Shown here: piece after piece, positions 13,296 through 25,857 of the stretch
Layout of the letters: every line of letters starts with the position of its first letter
Position numbering within the stretch: the first letter of the stretch is position 1
NCBI GenBank assembly: GCA_964016885.1
Contig: OZ024743.1
Location: 275,962,001-276,026,000 of the forward strand
Direction of reading: 5' to 3'
DNA length: 64,000 bases
DNA from: Eledone cirrhosa
Lineage: Eukaryota
Notes under the pieces: generated by a model
Database searches by the model: none
Told to the model about the DNA's origin: nothing
Seen by the model: only the letters and a program-made list of their open reading frames with translations
Made by a program: the position numbers and the translations under genes

Positions 13296-14986
13296 AGTTC
13301 GGGTTTGTGTCAGGCAAAAGTACCACAGACGCTCTTTTCATAGTACGACAACTACAGGAGAAGTTCCTAGCTAAAGGTAAACCCCTCTACTTAGCTTTTG
13401 TCGACTTGGAGAAAGCCTTCGACAGAGTCCCCCGCTCCATTATCTGGTGGGCTCTTAGAAAACTAGGCGTTGACGAATGGCTTGTGAGGGCTATACAAGC
13501 CATGTATAAAGAAACAGTCAGCAAGGTTAGAATTAACAACGAATATAGTGAAGAGTTTAGCGTAAAAGTTGGCGTCCATCAGGGCTCTGTTCTCAGCCCC
13601 CTACTATTTATTATTACCCTTCAGGCTATAACAGAGGAGTTCAAGACAGGCTGCCCATGGGAACTCCTATACGCAGACGACCTGACACTCATAGCGGAAT
13701 CAATGGCCGAGCTAGAGAAGAAATTCCAAACATGGAAGCACGGCCTAGAGTCAAAAGGACTTAAAATTAACCTGGCTAAGACCAAAGTTCTAGTTTGTAG
13801 GAAAGAAAACAAGGCGGCGGTCCCTTCTGGGAAATGGTTGTGCTCGGTGTGTAGGAAAGGCGTAGGTAGAAACTCCATTTTATGTCCTAAATGCAAAGTA
13901 TGGGTGCATAAAAGATGTAGTGGGATCACAGGTAAGCTAACTAAGAACATAGATTTTACATGTGGCCGGTGTTCTGGTGCAATAAGTAGCAGCAAGTGCC
14001 CACAAAATACTAGCTCTTTCAATTGCGCAGAGGGTTCTATAGAAATAGTGGACAGCTTCCGTTACCTGGGCGATAAAATCAGCAGTGGGGGAGGGTGCTC
14101 TGAAAGTACTGTAGCTAGAGTCAGAACTGGTTGGAAAAAGTTCAGAGAGCTTATACCACTATTAGCTGCTAAAGGGTTCTCCCTAAAAATGAAAGGCAGG
14201 TTGTACGATGCCTGCATACGAACAGCAATGTTGCATGGCAGTGAGACCTGGGCATTGTGTGCAGAGGATATACGCAGACTAGAGAGGAACGAAGCTTGCA
14301 TGCTCCGCTGGATGTGTAACAGTAATATACGTGAACGGCAAAGCATAAACGAACTAAGGAAAAAATTAGAGATAAGAGGGATCAGATGTTGTTTACTCAA
14401 GAGAAGGCTACGTTGGTATGGACACGTGATGCGCATGAAAGTCGATAGCTGTATAACAAAGTGCAGGGCAATAAAGATAGACGGTAGCCACGGAATAGGC
14501 AGACCTAGAAAAACCTGGGACGAGCTGATAAACTCCGACCTCACACACTTACACCTCTCCAAGACAATGTCACTGGACCGAGACCTTTGGCGGTACTCAG
14601 TAACAGAGAAGACCCGCCTTGCCAGTAGGCATCTCTAACAAAATACACCCCGTCCCGCCACCACCCCCACCCCGTTCTATGTAAAGTTATGTTGGTGCTG
14701 CGCCATCCAGGCCGAAACAAATGAGATCGTGTAGGTGTCACGACAAAAAAACACACAGTCCACACTGTAATGTGGCCGTGTAGGCAACACGGTAAAAACC
14801 TCCCAGACCCACACTGTAAATGTGGTTGGTGTTAGGAAGGGCATCCAACTGTAGAAAACCTGCCAGACAGTCCTATGCGAGCAAGACAATCACTCTTGCC
14901 TCAAGTGGGACTACCCCCGTCCAAACCCATGCAAGCGTGGAACACGGACGTTAAACGTTGATGATGATGATGATGATGATGATGAT
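13296..14986 (+). mobile_element. 5'-truncated RTE-clade LINE (RT C-terminal part, 3' UTR, (GAT)n tail)
   Basis: FGFVSGKSTTDA..., FVDLEKAFDRV, GVHQGSVLSPLLF, LLYADD, MLHGSETW, RRLRWYGHV, GRPRKTW are typical RTE motifs; ends gttaaacgtt(gat)n. Confidence 0.95.
13307..14638 (+). CDS. RTE reverse transcriptase fragment with embedded Cys/His PHD-like finger; no endonuclease domain
   Basis: 443-codon uninterrupted ORF with YADD and CSVC..CPKC..H..C..CGRC. The GTG start is an artefact of truncation. Confidence 0.85.
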   Translation: MSGKSTTDALFIVRQLQEKFLAKGKPLYLAFVDLEKAFDRVPRSIIWWALRKLGVDEWLVRAIQAMYKETVSKVRINNEYSEEFSVKVGVHQGSVLSPLLFIITLQAITEEFKTGCPWELLYADDLTLIAESMAELEKKFQTWKHGLESKGLKINLAKTKVLVCRKENKAAVPSGKWLCSVCRKGVGRNSILCPKCKVWVHKRCSGITGKLTKNIDFTCGRCSGAISSSKCPQNTSSFNCAEGSIEIVDSFRYLGDKISSGGGCSESTVARVRTGWKKFRELIPLLAAKGFSLKMKGRLYDACIRTAMLHGSETWALCAEDIRRLERNEACMLRWMCNSNIRERQSINELRKKLEIRGIRCCLLKRRLRWYGHVMRMKVDSCITKCRAIKIDGSHGIGRPRKTWDELINSDLTHLHLSKTMSLDRDLWRYSVTEKTRLASRHL

Positions 14987-15252
14987 ATATAGATAGATTA
15001 ATTAGGATTACCAATTTTGAACTAGTAAGAACATTATTCAGCAGGGGACTTGATGCTTGGAATAGTAGAATGTAAATATATTAAATAATTACGGCATGAT
15101 GGCTCTGCCCTTGGTGTTTCAAAATCCAGTCTGGAATTTGATGTCAGAACTGCATGAGATCATCCACCGGGGCCCTTACTATCTTTATATATATATATAT
15201 ATATATATAGATAGATAGATCTTGACAAATTGAATTTGTGCTAGCCCACTAC

Positions 15253-15300
<48 letters not shown>

Positions 15301-16683
15301 TATATATAAAATGATCATTTAGCAGGGGAAAACAATGTTAAATGATGATTACACACACTCAAACACACATGTGATAGAGCAGTGTACTGAAAATCCTGAC
15401 AGAGGTGAGGGTGATTATAAGTAGAGACATGGTAGGGGCGTGACTAAAATATTTAAACTAGAAAGTAGATAAATTACTGAACATCATAATGGAAGTAGTA
15501 TTTTTCTTTGTTTCCATCTTCTCCATCTATGATATAAGAGAGTATGTATAATTCTACTTTACATTCTACTCCAACTTGATTCACGAGGAGCTGCTTGATA
15601 CCTTATGAAGTTCAGTCTGAATTCTTGAGAATATTACATAAGATGAAACACTGTAGTCACTTTCCCCCTCCCTCAACTCCTATCAATGATGTATCAATAC
15701 AATGACAAATTTCCATACCATCAGAAGTGGTAGCTGGTATTAAGTGGTTATAATATACATAAACAACATTTGTGATCTTCATTGTCACATGAACTTTCTC
15801 TGCTTGTTCTCAAGTTTTTAGAAATAGGTACTTTGTATATCTGCATGCTGCAAGAGGCAACTGAAACAAAAAGTTGATACCAAGAATGGTATCCAACCTC
15901 GCAAAGTTCTGTCAAACCCAGATACATATTAAAAAAGTGGATGTAAAAACAATCAAAAAGGCAGCAAAACCCCTCACCCACTACCCAACTTCTTTTTAAT
16001 AGGACCTCTAACTAACTTATAATATTTCTCTAGTTCATTGTTTCCCAAAGTGGGTTCTGTAAGAAAAGATAGGCATCTTTTATTAAAATTTAACAAAAAA
16101 AAAAAAAAAAAAAAAAAAAATGTTTAATATAAATTCTATCTTGAAATCCTTTTTTTTTTTTTTTTTGTTCTATCTAATGGCTTATTAGGGTAGTGAGGAT
16201 TGTCTGTAAAATGGTAGTGTGGACAGCGATTTTTTGTCAACTCGTATAAAGATTCCACTACAAAATAAGTTAAGGTTAGTCATTTAAGTTTTATGAATGT
16301 AAGAAGAGTTATCTCCCTTCTAGTATGTCTCTGTACCACTCTGTTTCTATGAATTCATTTTGGTTATATAGGATGTAAGATTGTGAACGCTATGACCAAT
16401 GCTGCTTGATTTAAATGTATATACAACAGCTGCATCTACAGATGATGAATGTCTTTCTAAATGGCTGAAATATGGTGCAAGTTGACCACCAAAGACAAAT
16501 ATATGAAGACACAACAGTTATGAAAATAATAATTAAATCCACCAAAGTGACGATGTTAACATAACATTAATTAGTTACAGCTAAGTCAATCATAATAACT
16601 TAACTAATCCAGCAGATGCTTTACCTGCAAAAGGTATATAAGCTATATACAGTACTATTTTTCTCTCAGTACCAAGTGAGTAT

Positions 16684-16732
16684 ACATCACTGATGATGAA
16701 TTAAAAAATCCCGAAACACTAGTGTTTGGTGT
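16684..16732 (+). ncRNA. Degenerate minimal type I hammerhead ribozyme
   Basis: Stem I acatca/tggtgt, core CTGATGA (16690-16696), weak stem II, GAAAC (16713-16717), palindromic stem III ACACTAGTGT, cleavage triplet GTT. Confidence 0.55.
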
Positions 16733-16877
16733 TCTGACATGGCTACTGAGATAGCTATGACATGATCACAGCTTAAAACAATGATTGTGAAACATATATA
16801 TGTTTATTATAGATAAACATATCGTATATGCTTTAATATACACCTCTTATATTTACTATTAACAAATACTAAGAGGC

Positions 16878-17157
16878 TTGTGGCCTCATGGTAAGGGTGT
16901 TGGATGTACAATCATACTGCAATGGATTTGATTCCTGGACTGGGTTGTGTGGTGTGTTCTTGAGCAAAACATTTCATTTCATGTTGTTCCAGTATACTTA
17001 GGTGAAAATGTGTACCAGCAATAGCTGGGGGTTTAACCCTGTGATGGACTGGCATCCTCGCCAGGGGGGAGACTTGTAGTATCAGTCGATTAAGGCCATG
17101 GAAACCAGGATAAATACTGGCCTGATAAACCCTGGGCTCGAGACAGACATTAGACTG
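16878..17157 (+). mobile_element. tRNA-derived SINE, family B (CORE-like plus V-domain-like segments)
   Basis: Head gtggcctcatggtaagggtg...gattcc, tgtgttcttgagcaaaaca, aaccctgtgatggactggcatcc..ccaggggg, tail cagac.ttagact. Fragments on (-) at about 1608-1722, 1893-2003 and 6985-7090. Confidence 0.85.
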
Positions 17158-17199
17158 GAAAAATCCTAAGAAATAATAAGATAACCCATGTACTTTAAG

Positions 17200-17348
17200 T
17201 ACAGGCTGTGAGATTAAGAAGTTCACTTCACAGCCATATGCTTTTGAGTTTAAAGCCACCATGTAGCACCTTAGACTAGTGTCTTCCACTCTAGCTTCAC
17301 CCTGATGAATGCCAAATGAGTAAAATTTGATGTGCAGAAGCCAGTCAT
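17200..17348 (+). mobile_element. SINE family C copy ending in (TG)n
   Basis: Similar to 12320-12470(-) and to a partial copy at 48150-48240. Confidence 0.6.
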
Positions 17349-18309
17349 GTGTGTGTGTGTGCATGTGTGTGCGCGTGTGTATAGGCATGTGAATGATAGA
17401 TATAACGTGTGAAGTGGATGCACATGCAGGCATCCATGTGTATCAGGTTTGAAACTACTATACTATTTGTTTATGTCCAACATGAACACCATATCACAGC
17501 TAATTGATCCAATCGGTGAAGATCAGTGAAATAAGTAACCATACTTATTGGTATCAGGGAGAGCATCCAACCTCAGATTATTGCCTTTAAAATAAAAATC
17601 TAGTTCAGCACATGGTAGCAGTGAAAACCATATAAAAATGGTAGTGACATTTATGAGTCATCCCCTGGAGAATCATAAGGTACTAATGATATTTGAGTGG
17701 TTGACACAAGAGGGAGAGCATATTCTAGTGAGTGTTGTTTGTACATGCGAAAAGGAAAAAGTAAACACTTGCTTGGACATTTTACGCACATGCCTAAAAT
17801 TTTCAATGTGTGCTTACCATCAGTATTTTGAAGAGAGAGAGAGAAAAAATGCAAACTGTTACACACACATTCACTCACTCACTCATACACTAACTATATT
17901 GTGTGTTGCTTGCAGCCATGCTATCAATAAACTAGCGACAATAGTTATCAACATGGCACTATAATTAGGCCTTACAGTGTAAGTGTAAATTGTCATGCTG
18001 TCAGGTATTGCACAGATCTGGTTACTTTAAATGAATTAAGACAGAAAAGAAGAAGAGGACCAAGAAAGAACTTGAGAAAAGAAAAGAAAAAAAACAAACC
18101 CCCCAAAAAACCAAAAAAACTATAAAAAATGTTTTTAAAAAGGTAAAAATATATAAACAATTGCCCATTTAACATGATGCCATCCATATATGATGACATG
18201 CTAAGCTTCTCACTCTCTCTTTCTTGAAGAACTAGCAAGCAAAAGGTTCTTTACTTCAAAACTGGCCAGAAATTACATTAGAAAATGCAGAAAATTGAAT
18301 TTTCCAACA

Positions 18310-19470
18310 TACAAAACTCTCTGCAATGGGTGTGAGGGATGATCTTTTTAACTGGTTGAAATCCTTCATTCTCAGCCGAAAAGAGGTAGTCACGGTTCTA
18401 GGACAGCATTCTTCACCATATGAAATGTCATCTGGTGTACCACAGGGATCTGTTCTTGGTCCCCTTTTGTTTGTGGCATATATTAATGAAATAGATGCCA
18501 ACTTAAAGAATGCCATGGTACTGAAATATGCAGATGACATCAAGCTGTACCTTGAAATCAAAAGGACTGATCCTGAAACCTACAACTCTTTCCTACAATC
18601 AGACCTGGATCACAAACTGGCATCTGAAGCTGGCTGTGGACAAGTGTACCACCATGCATTTTGGGAGGAAAAATCCAGCGTCCACATACTCCCTCCACAA
18701 CACTGATATCAAGAAGTCCTCTTGTGAACGTGACCTGGGCATTACTGTCAGCAGCGATTTGCGTTGGACAAAGCATGTCTCTAAGATTGTCAAGAAGGCC
18801 GAGGGTGTCTTGGCATCACTCAGCAAGACCTTTGTTAGCCGCTCTCCAGCCAGCTATTTAAAGCTGTATACAGCTATGGTACGACCACACTTGGAATTCG
18901 CATCATCAGTCAGGAACCCCTATCTTGCTCAGAACATTGACCTCCTGGAAACTGTTCAGAGATGTGCAACCAAGTGCATACCCTCCATCAGACACCTACC
19001 ATACTCTGAACGCCTTGCTTCTCTGGGCATGAATTCATTGAAGCTCCGACGTCTGGCAATGAACTTGGTTAACACCCACAAAGTTATTAACCATCTCACC
19101 AACAACAACCCTGAGCACCTTTTTGATCTCCATGTGTCTAACACACATGGACATGCCTACAAAATCAGAAAACAGCACAGCTCCCATGACTTTCGGAAGC
19201 ATTTTTTCACGCTCAGAGTTGCTGAAGCATGGCACAAACTGCCTGCGTCAGTTGTTAGCTGCCGAGACACTGCATCCTTTAAGACACTCATGCTTCCCGA
19301 AATTCGCCAAAACTACACCTGATGTACCCCTTCCATACACATGCACACGTGTATATCATGACTCATGTGCTGTTCATTTTCCTGACGTTTGTACATTACC
19401 CTATGTACTATACATACACTTTTTGATGAGTTGTAGTGCACCTGAGCACTGTACACAATATTTCATTATA
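18310..19470 (+). mobile_element. 5'-truncated, frameshifted CR1/L2-group LINE
   Basis: SGVPQGSVLGPLLF, KYADDIKLY, CERDLG, LYTAMVRPHLEF, FRKHFFTLRVAEAW; frameshift near 18605; 3' UTR ends atttcattata. Confidence 0.93.
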
Positions 19471-19852
19471 CACTCAATGAGAAATGGAAAGAGGGGGGGG
19501 GGGTGATTTGTAAAAATTTGAGATGAAAGGAGAGAAAGAAAGGAATGGTTGGTTTAAAAAAAAAAAAAAAAAAAAGTGTGTTGCTGGGAGTCTTGATTAG
19601 AAAATTATACTAATTTAAGCAATGAAAGACTAAATAGAAATAGGAACAATAATTTAACATATACACTGATTCTTAAACCTTTTTTTTTTTTTTTCTATTG
19701 TTTTAATCAGAGCAGGGCAGTCCTCGTGACAACCTTTGTGAAGGAGGAAGGAATCCTCAAAAATGCTTTGACCTGGCCAAAATGCTTACAACAGAGTGGA
19801 CTTCACTAAAAAGTTCAACGGACCAGGAGGTGGTGTTAAACAGGTTGATGAA

Positions 19853-20067
19853 TTAGCCCTTTAGCATTTACATTACTCTATATTTACTATTGTATTTTCA
19901 GGGTAAAGGCTTTACCTCACATAATTATCTCTCATAATATTGAATCTATGAGATTTCAATGTTATTTACTTTGAGAACAATACCTTAACATTGGTATGAG
20001 TAGCAAGTAAGGGCTGGTTTGAACAGAAAGAAGTGAGAGAATTCTGGCCAGATATGGCCGGCTTAAG
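19853..20067. mobile_element. MITE subfamily 2, inverted copy of 22766-22986
   Basis: ttagccctttagcatttacattactct ... gatatggccggcttaa matches the reverse complement of 22766-22986; a third copy lies at about 8700-8900. Confidence 0.75.
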
Positions 20068-21145
20068 TGAAGAACCCAAGTAGGCTGTGGCAGGATTTGA
20101 ACTAAGAATGCAAAGAGCTGGAACAAACACAATGAGGCATCCCCCCATTCAATGGTCTAACAATTCAACCAACTCACAGCTCTAAGTCGGTATTATATTT
20201 GCTCAAGAACCCCCCCCACGATGAAAGGCAAAGCTAACCTCAGCAGGATTTAAACTTTCAGCACAGAAACCTGAGGAAAAATGCTGCAAAGTATTTTGTC
20301 CCAAGTTCTGATGACTCTACCATTTTGCCAATTATCATAAAAAAAAGAACACATGATTCATCTTCCCTTATTCTTTTTTCCTTCTTCTACTTTCCTTTTC
20401 AGGCTATAATCTTTAGTAAATGTCATGAAAAAACACTTTTATTTTGCAAGGGTTTTAACAAATTATTTATTTATTTATACATTTCATATGTCTAAGGGAT
20501 TGTTATTGTTGTGGTTGTTATTATAAAGCTCAAAAGACACCAAAACAACATCCATCTCAAAAATATCCAGGCTGTTTGTTTGTTGGCTTTGTCTGTCATA
20601 CTTTATCACAAATAATAAAAATAATAATCTTTATTTATTGGAATGTTTGAGAATGTACTTACGTAATCATTGTTGAAATCCTTAGAGGGCACATCATCCC
20701 GTTTCTCATTCAAACTATAGGAATGCTGAAATTGGATAACACATGGCGGAGTTGTGTCCATATGTTAAACTATTACCTACGATTTTTTTGGAACACATGC
20801 ACACTTATATTTTGAATTTATACAGACTTACACACATTCAATTTGCATTTATCTAAATATGTATAAATAATTATGTATATGTGTGAGAATGACAGTGTGT
20901 ATATATGTATGTATGTATGTATGTGTATGTCTATATATACTGTAAATATATAGAGGGAGAAGAAGAGAGAAAGGGGGAGAGGAGGTTTAAAATCTTACAA
21001 CATGGCAATATTTGCTGAAACATTGTGGCTATATTAAGGATATAAATAATTCTATTGATACAGTACTCTGTTTTTACACACCGAGTTCCTCATTTTTGGA
21101 CTACTATGAATATATATATACACACACACACATCTATACATATGA

Positions 21146-21190
<45 letters not shown>

Positions 21191-21492
21191 TATATAGAAT
21201 AAGGAATGAGAGACAATGTTAAGTTGGGCAGAGAAGAGGAATTATATAAATAACTTTCTTAGACACACATCTACACATAGTACTTATTTTTTCTTTCAAT
21301 ATAAATATCAATGTATTTTGCTCAAATTTTTTTCTTTTTACTTACTTATCCATCATTTTTTTTTTTTTTTTTGTATGAGTTATACATGAAAAGATTCATG
21401 GAGGGGAAAAAAGGGGAGAAAGAACGAAGAATGGAAATAGTTTAAGTCACACTCTTAGGTTTCTAATAAATATATTACTGCAGAAACACAAC

Positions 21493-21614
<122 letters not shown>

Positions 21615-22765
21615 CAATATATTTTATGCTTCTATGTATGTGCTTATTTTTACGAGTTTCAAAATTGAGAGAAATTCACACACAAAAATTCCTATAATTT
21701 CCCGAACATAGCAACAAATATGAACAGTTAAGTTTTTTGATTTATTGTATGTATAAATACTTATTGTTATAGTTAAATTTGGATAAAAAAAAGAAGAAAA
21801 GACAGAAAAGGTAAAAAAGAAATAAAGAAATAATAATAATAATCTTTTAAAACAAAAATATAAGGATTTGTCATACATGAATAAATAGATATGAATCATG
21901 TGGAACTTTTAGAGAAAATTTTAAAGTTGGGAGTTATATGGAAGATGAGAACATTAAATTTAATAACCTGGTTGTGAAAACGATGATTTTAAATACGCAT
22001 ACATGCACATGCACACACAATATTTTTGTTTTATGGATTATATATATATCCAAGTTATATATATCCACACACACTGAGTGTCTATAAGGTTTCACCAACA
22101 TTTGGTAATTTGGTAAAAATGGATATAGTAACCAATTAGTAATTAATTAATCACTTTCAATTTGTCATTTGTTTATGTCTCAATGTTCATCTGTCTATAC
22201 TAGTCCTCGGTACACTAAAATACAATCCATTTGGCTTTCTGAATGACAACACCTAATTTTTAAATTACCTTCAATATTTTTGTAGTGTGACCCACCATAT
22301 AGTAAGACTTTTGTGTTAAAATTTAAATTATTTGTTAAAACTGTTGTCTCAAGAAGGATCTCAATAAAAAGCAACATGGGTTTGCATCAGCAAGGACTCT
22401 ATGCCTAAGGAAAACTGCTTAAAAAAAGTATCCCCTACCCTATGCCAACATGGACAAGTAGACATGGTGATGGTGATGATGATGATACGGCATGATTAAT
22501 TTTCATATTTTCTTTTGGTAGCAAACTCAAAATCAGGTGAAATTTCTGTGTACTCTATTTATATATGTATAAGAGTTAAGTAAATGTACATTTAATGCAT
22601 AAGTACGCAGTATGAAGTACAAAGTAACAAAAAAAAAAAATCTAATAGAAACTGAAATTTGACTGAAGACAACTTCTAGATTCACCATTACAACTTATCA
22701 GGCAATAATTATTTATCATAGAAAATACATATAATGCATAGAACATAGATACAATATAATTTATT

Positions 22766-22986
22766 TAACCCTTTAGCATTTAAACCAGCCGTATCTGTCC
22801 AGAATTCTCTCACCTCTTTCTGTTCAAACTGGCTGTAACCAGCCACTATACTGATGTTAAGGTATTGTTCTCAAAATAGATAATATTAAAATCTCATAGA
22901 TTTGATATCATGTGAAATAATTATGTGAGGTAAAGCCTTTACCGTGAAAATATAATAGTAGAGTAATGTAAAAGTTAAAGGGTTAA
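22766..22986. mobile_element. piggyBac-type MITE, subfamily 2, complete
   Basis: TTAA-CCCTTTAGCATTTA ... TAAAAGTTAAAGGG-TTAA imperfect TIRs with TTAA target site. Confidence 0.82.
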
Positions 22987-23208
22987 GCACTCAAAGCACA
23001 GAGAGCCTGAAACAAATACTGCAAGATATTTAATTCGAAGTTCTAACAACCTTCAAGGTAGCATGATGCATTAGCTTGATCTTATCAAACCAAAGTCAGC
23101 AACACAGTTTCAATTCCAACTATGAGTATATTTATCATTTATATTGCTAATTCATGAACATCTCAAATTCCTATTTTCTATAACTTTTAAGACATCTAGG
23201 TGCGAAGA

Positions 23209-23244
<36 letters not shown>

Positions 23245-25039
23245 GGAAGAACTTAAACAAACAAGGCACCATAATGTCACTGGATAATCTATGATTCCAA
23301 TAGAAAATAATGTAGCTCGATTTTAAAGAAAACATACTAATGAATTAAAACTGTCTGCAAGTATCAGACTTAAGTATAGAATTATTCTCTAACTAGTCAA
23401 CATTTCAACGAAATGAAAGAAAACATTGAAACGATACAACCAAGAAGAAGATGACAACACATTATTGGTTAAATAACGTATATTGTTATGACTTATAATA
23501 TAAATAAAGACAATAGGGCAATTAACAAAGGCCCGGAAATTGAGTCGATATACAAATATACTGGGGAAAAAATATATATAAACTTTGTTGTTTTCTGATT
23601 TTGCTTCCCTATAGAGTGAAGTGAATGGTATATAGAAATTCTGTTTGCCATTCACAAGAACATAAATAATATACAACCAAACCAATCAGATTGAAAATTT
23701 TAATAACAACATTCTAATCAATGACCCATTTCCTAGTCTGGTGATAAAATATAATTACTAGATACATTTATGGATAGGTTTTTTTTTGTTTGTTTGTTGT
23801 TTAGAATTTTTATTATTATTAGCATTTTATTTTTTATTTTTTTAAATTATCCACATAACGACCATAATGACTCATCGTGGAAATTAAAAGGCAAGTAAAA
23901 ATTAAAAAAAAAAAAAAAAAAAAAAGAGGAAAAAAAAAGATTTGAAATATTTCATAAAAATTAATATTAGTTAACAAATTTCCTTATTTCATTTTTTTAG
24001 GCGGGTGGAGATAGGGGAGATTATTTGGCGATGATAAAGGTACTGGTAAATTAAAGATTATAAATCACAGCTAAAATTCATTTTAAAAAAACAAAACACA
24101 AAGCAAACAAATAAAAATGCCCCTCTTCTCTTCGAGTAGATAAGAAAGAAGTTTTTATTATCAGATTATTTCATGTTTAAAGTTATTTGGTTACCAAATC
24201 AGTTGGAAATATTTGTCAGAAACATAGGATAAATTTTTCATCTTATTATATAGATGAGAAGACAACAACAAGCTGGAGTGTAAACAAAAAATTAATAAAT
24301 AGTTTGCCCACTACAAACAATTATGCTAAGGTAAATAAAAAATTTACTAACATTTTTCTTGATATGTATATATATATAAACTGTAGACTATATATATATA
24401 TATAGCGAGAGAGAGAGAGAGTCCGCTGTCAGGATTATACATCTTCCTTTCTCTTTCTCTCATATATATGTGTATATATATATATATAGGGATTTAGTAA
24501 ACTAGACAGTTATAATAAAATGTAGTTTGCTTGAAGCATTGTATACAATATATAATGTGGAAAGTGATATAAGGCTAAGCAATGCAAGATGGACTGTAAG
24601 ATCTTGATCTATGGGTTTGTTACTATTTACCAACCAAACCAGTACTTATAATGTCTATCTTTACAATTAATTCACAACTTTTGTCATTATTAATCTGTCT
24701 GTTACCATATTTCCAATTAAAAACATTTACTATTATTTTCAAATCCTTTTGAAAATAATCAAGAATTTGGATATATCTAGTAAGGTATGTAACTTTCTCA
24801 TTATTAGGTTGATATCTGGAACATAACTCAACTTTCATAAATAAATTTAAAAAATTATAACAGAAGGTTTTTTAGCTGGATATATACACATTTAAATAAA
24901 CAGCTGAGTATCATAAAACCTGGGGCAGTTTCAGGTGATTTAGTAACAAAATAGTCTAAATGTTACAGTTATTCCTCTGTAATTGCTTTCTAGAGCATCA
25001 CCTTTGCTCTTGTAACAATTTATGATTTACTGCTATTTA

Positions 25040-25815
25040 CTGCTTTGTCAATCATTGAGTATGACTCCATCCTGTGTTACATAATTGACTATCCGGGTTT
25101 CTAGTTCAATTCCTACTTCTTCCGAAGCTTTTAGCATTTCAACAACTATCTCTGACTGTCCCACAGATTTACCATTCTTCATCTCTTTGATTGCTTCTTT
25201 GAAACTATAACTGTCAACTTCAATAGCTGGACCTTCTATTGAGTAAGTTGAGGGTAGTCTCTCTCTTTCTACCATTCATCAATCTCTCATAGTAACATCT
25301 CCAGGCCTTTTTTTTCTTTTGGGCATCATTTTTTCCCAAGACCTCTTTTTCCCCCAACAATATTTCAATTTACACTAATACGCTGTAGAACACTTCATGT
25401 ATCTGATCTTCACATCTCAAGACATTGGCAAACATTTTTTTTCTTTTCAGCCTCTCTCTGAGTTGTGTATATCTCTCATCTAGCTTCTCTCTTAGCTACC
25501 TGCTACTGGTCTCTGCTACCAACTTGTCCCGTAGCTCTATCCACTTTACTACCAGGTCACTCTTTGTCTGGCTGGTACTTTACTCCAGGCATAAGTCTCC
25601 TTAGTAGTTTGCAAAAGGTTGTCACGTAAGAATTTCCAGTTGTCCTCTATGTTATATGTACCCAGCTCATCACCCCTCTCATCTCCTGCATCTTGTAGGG
25701 GCCTTTATAAACCTATATTTAACTGAAAGGTCCTTTAGCTTCCACACCCTCTGTATTTTCCTGTATCTTCTGTCTTGTGTTTAATTTGATGTCACTAATA
25801 ACAAACTTGGTATGA
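25040..25815 (-). mobile_element. Decayed RTE LINE fragment (endonuclease-RT linker)
   Basis: IEGPAIEV...KEAIKEMKNGKSVGQSEIVVEMLKASEEVG is the pre-RT motif of RTE; the rest is disrupted. Confidence 0.75.
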
Positions 25816-25857
25816 GTGATGATATACACATAGACACACACACGTGTGTGTGTGTCT

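Noticed and set aside
13621-14562. Antisense ORFs over the RTE (and over the CR1 at 18256-19235)
   Set aside because: Shadow frames of the LINE coding sequence.
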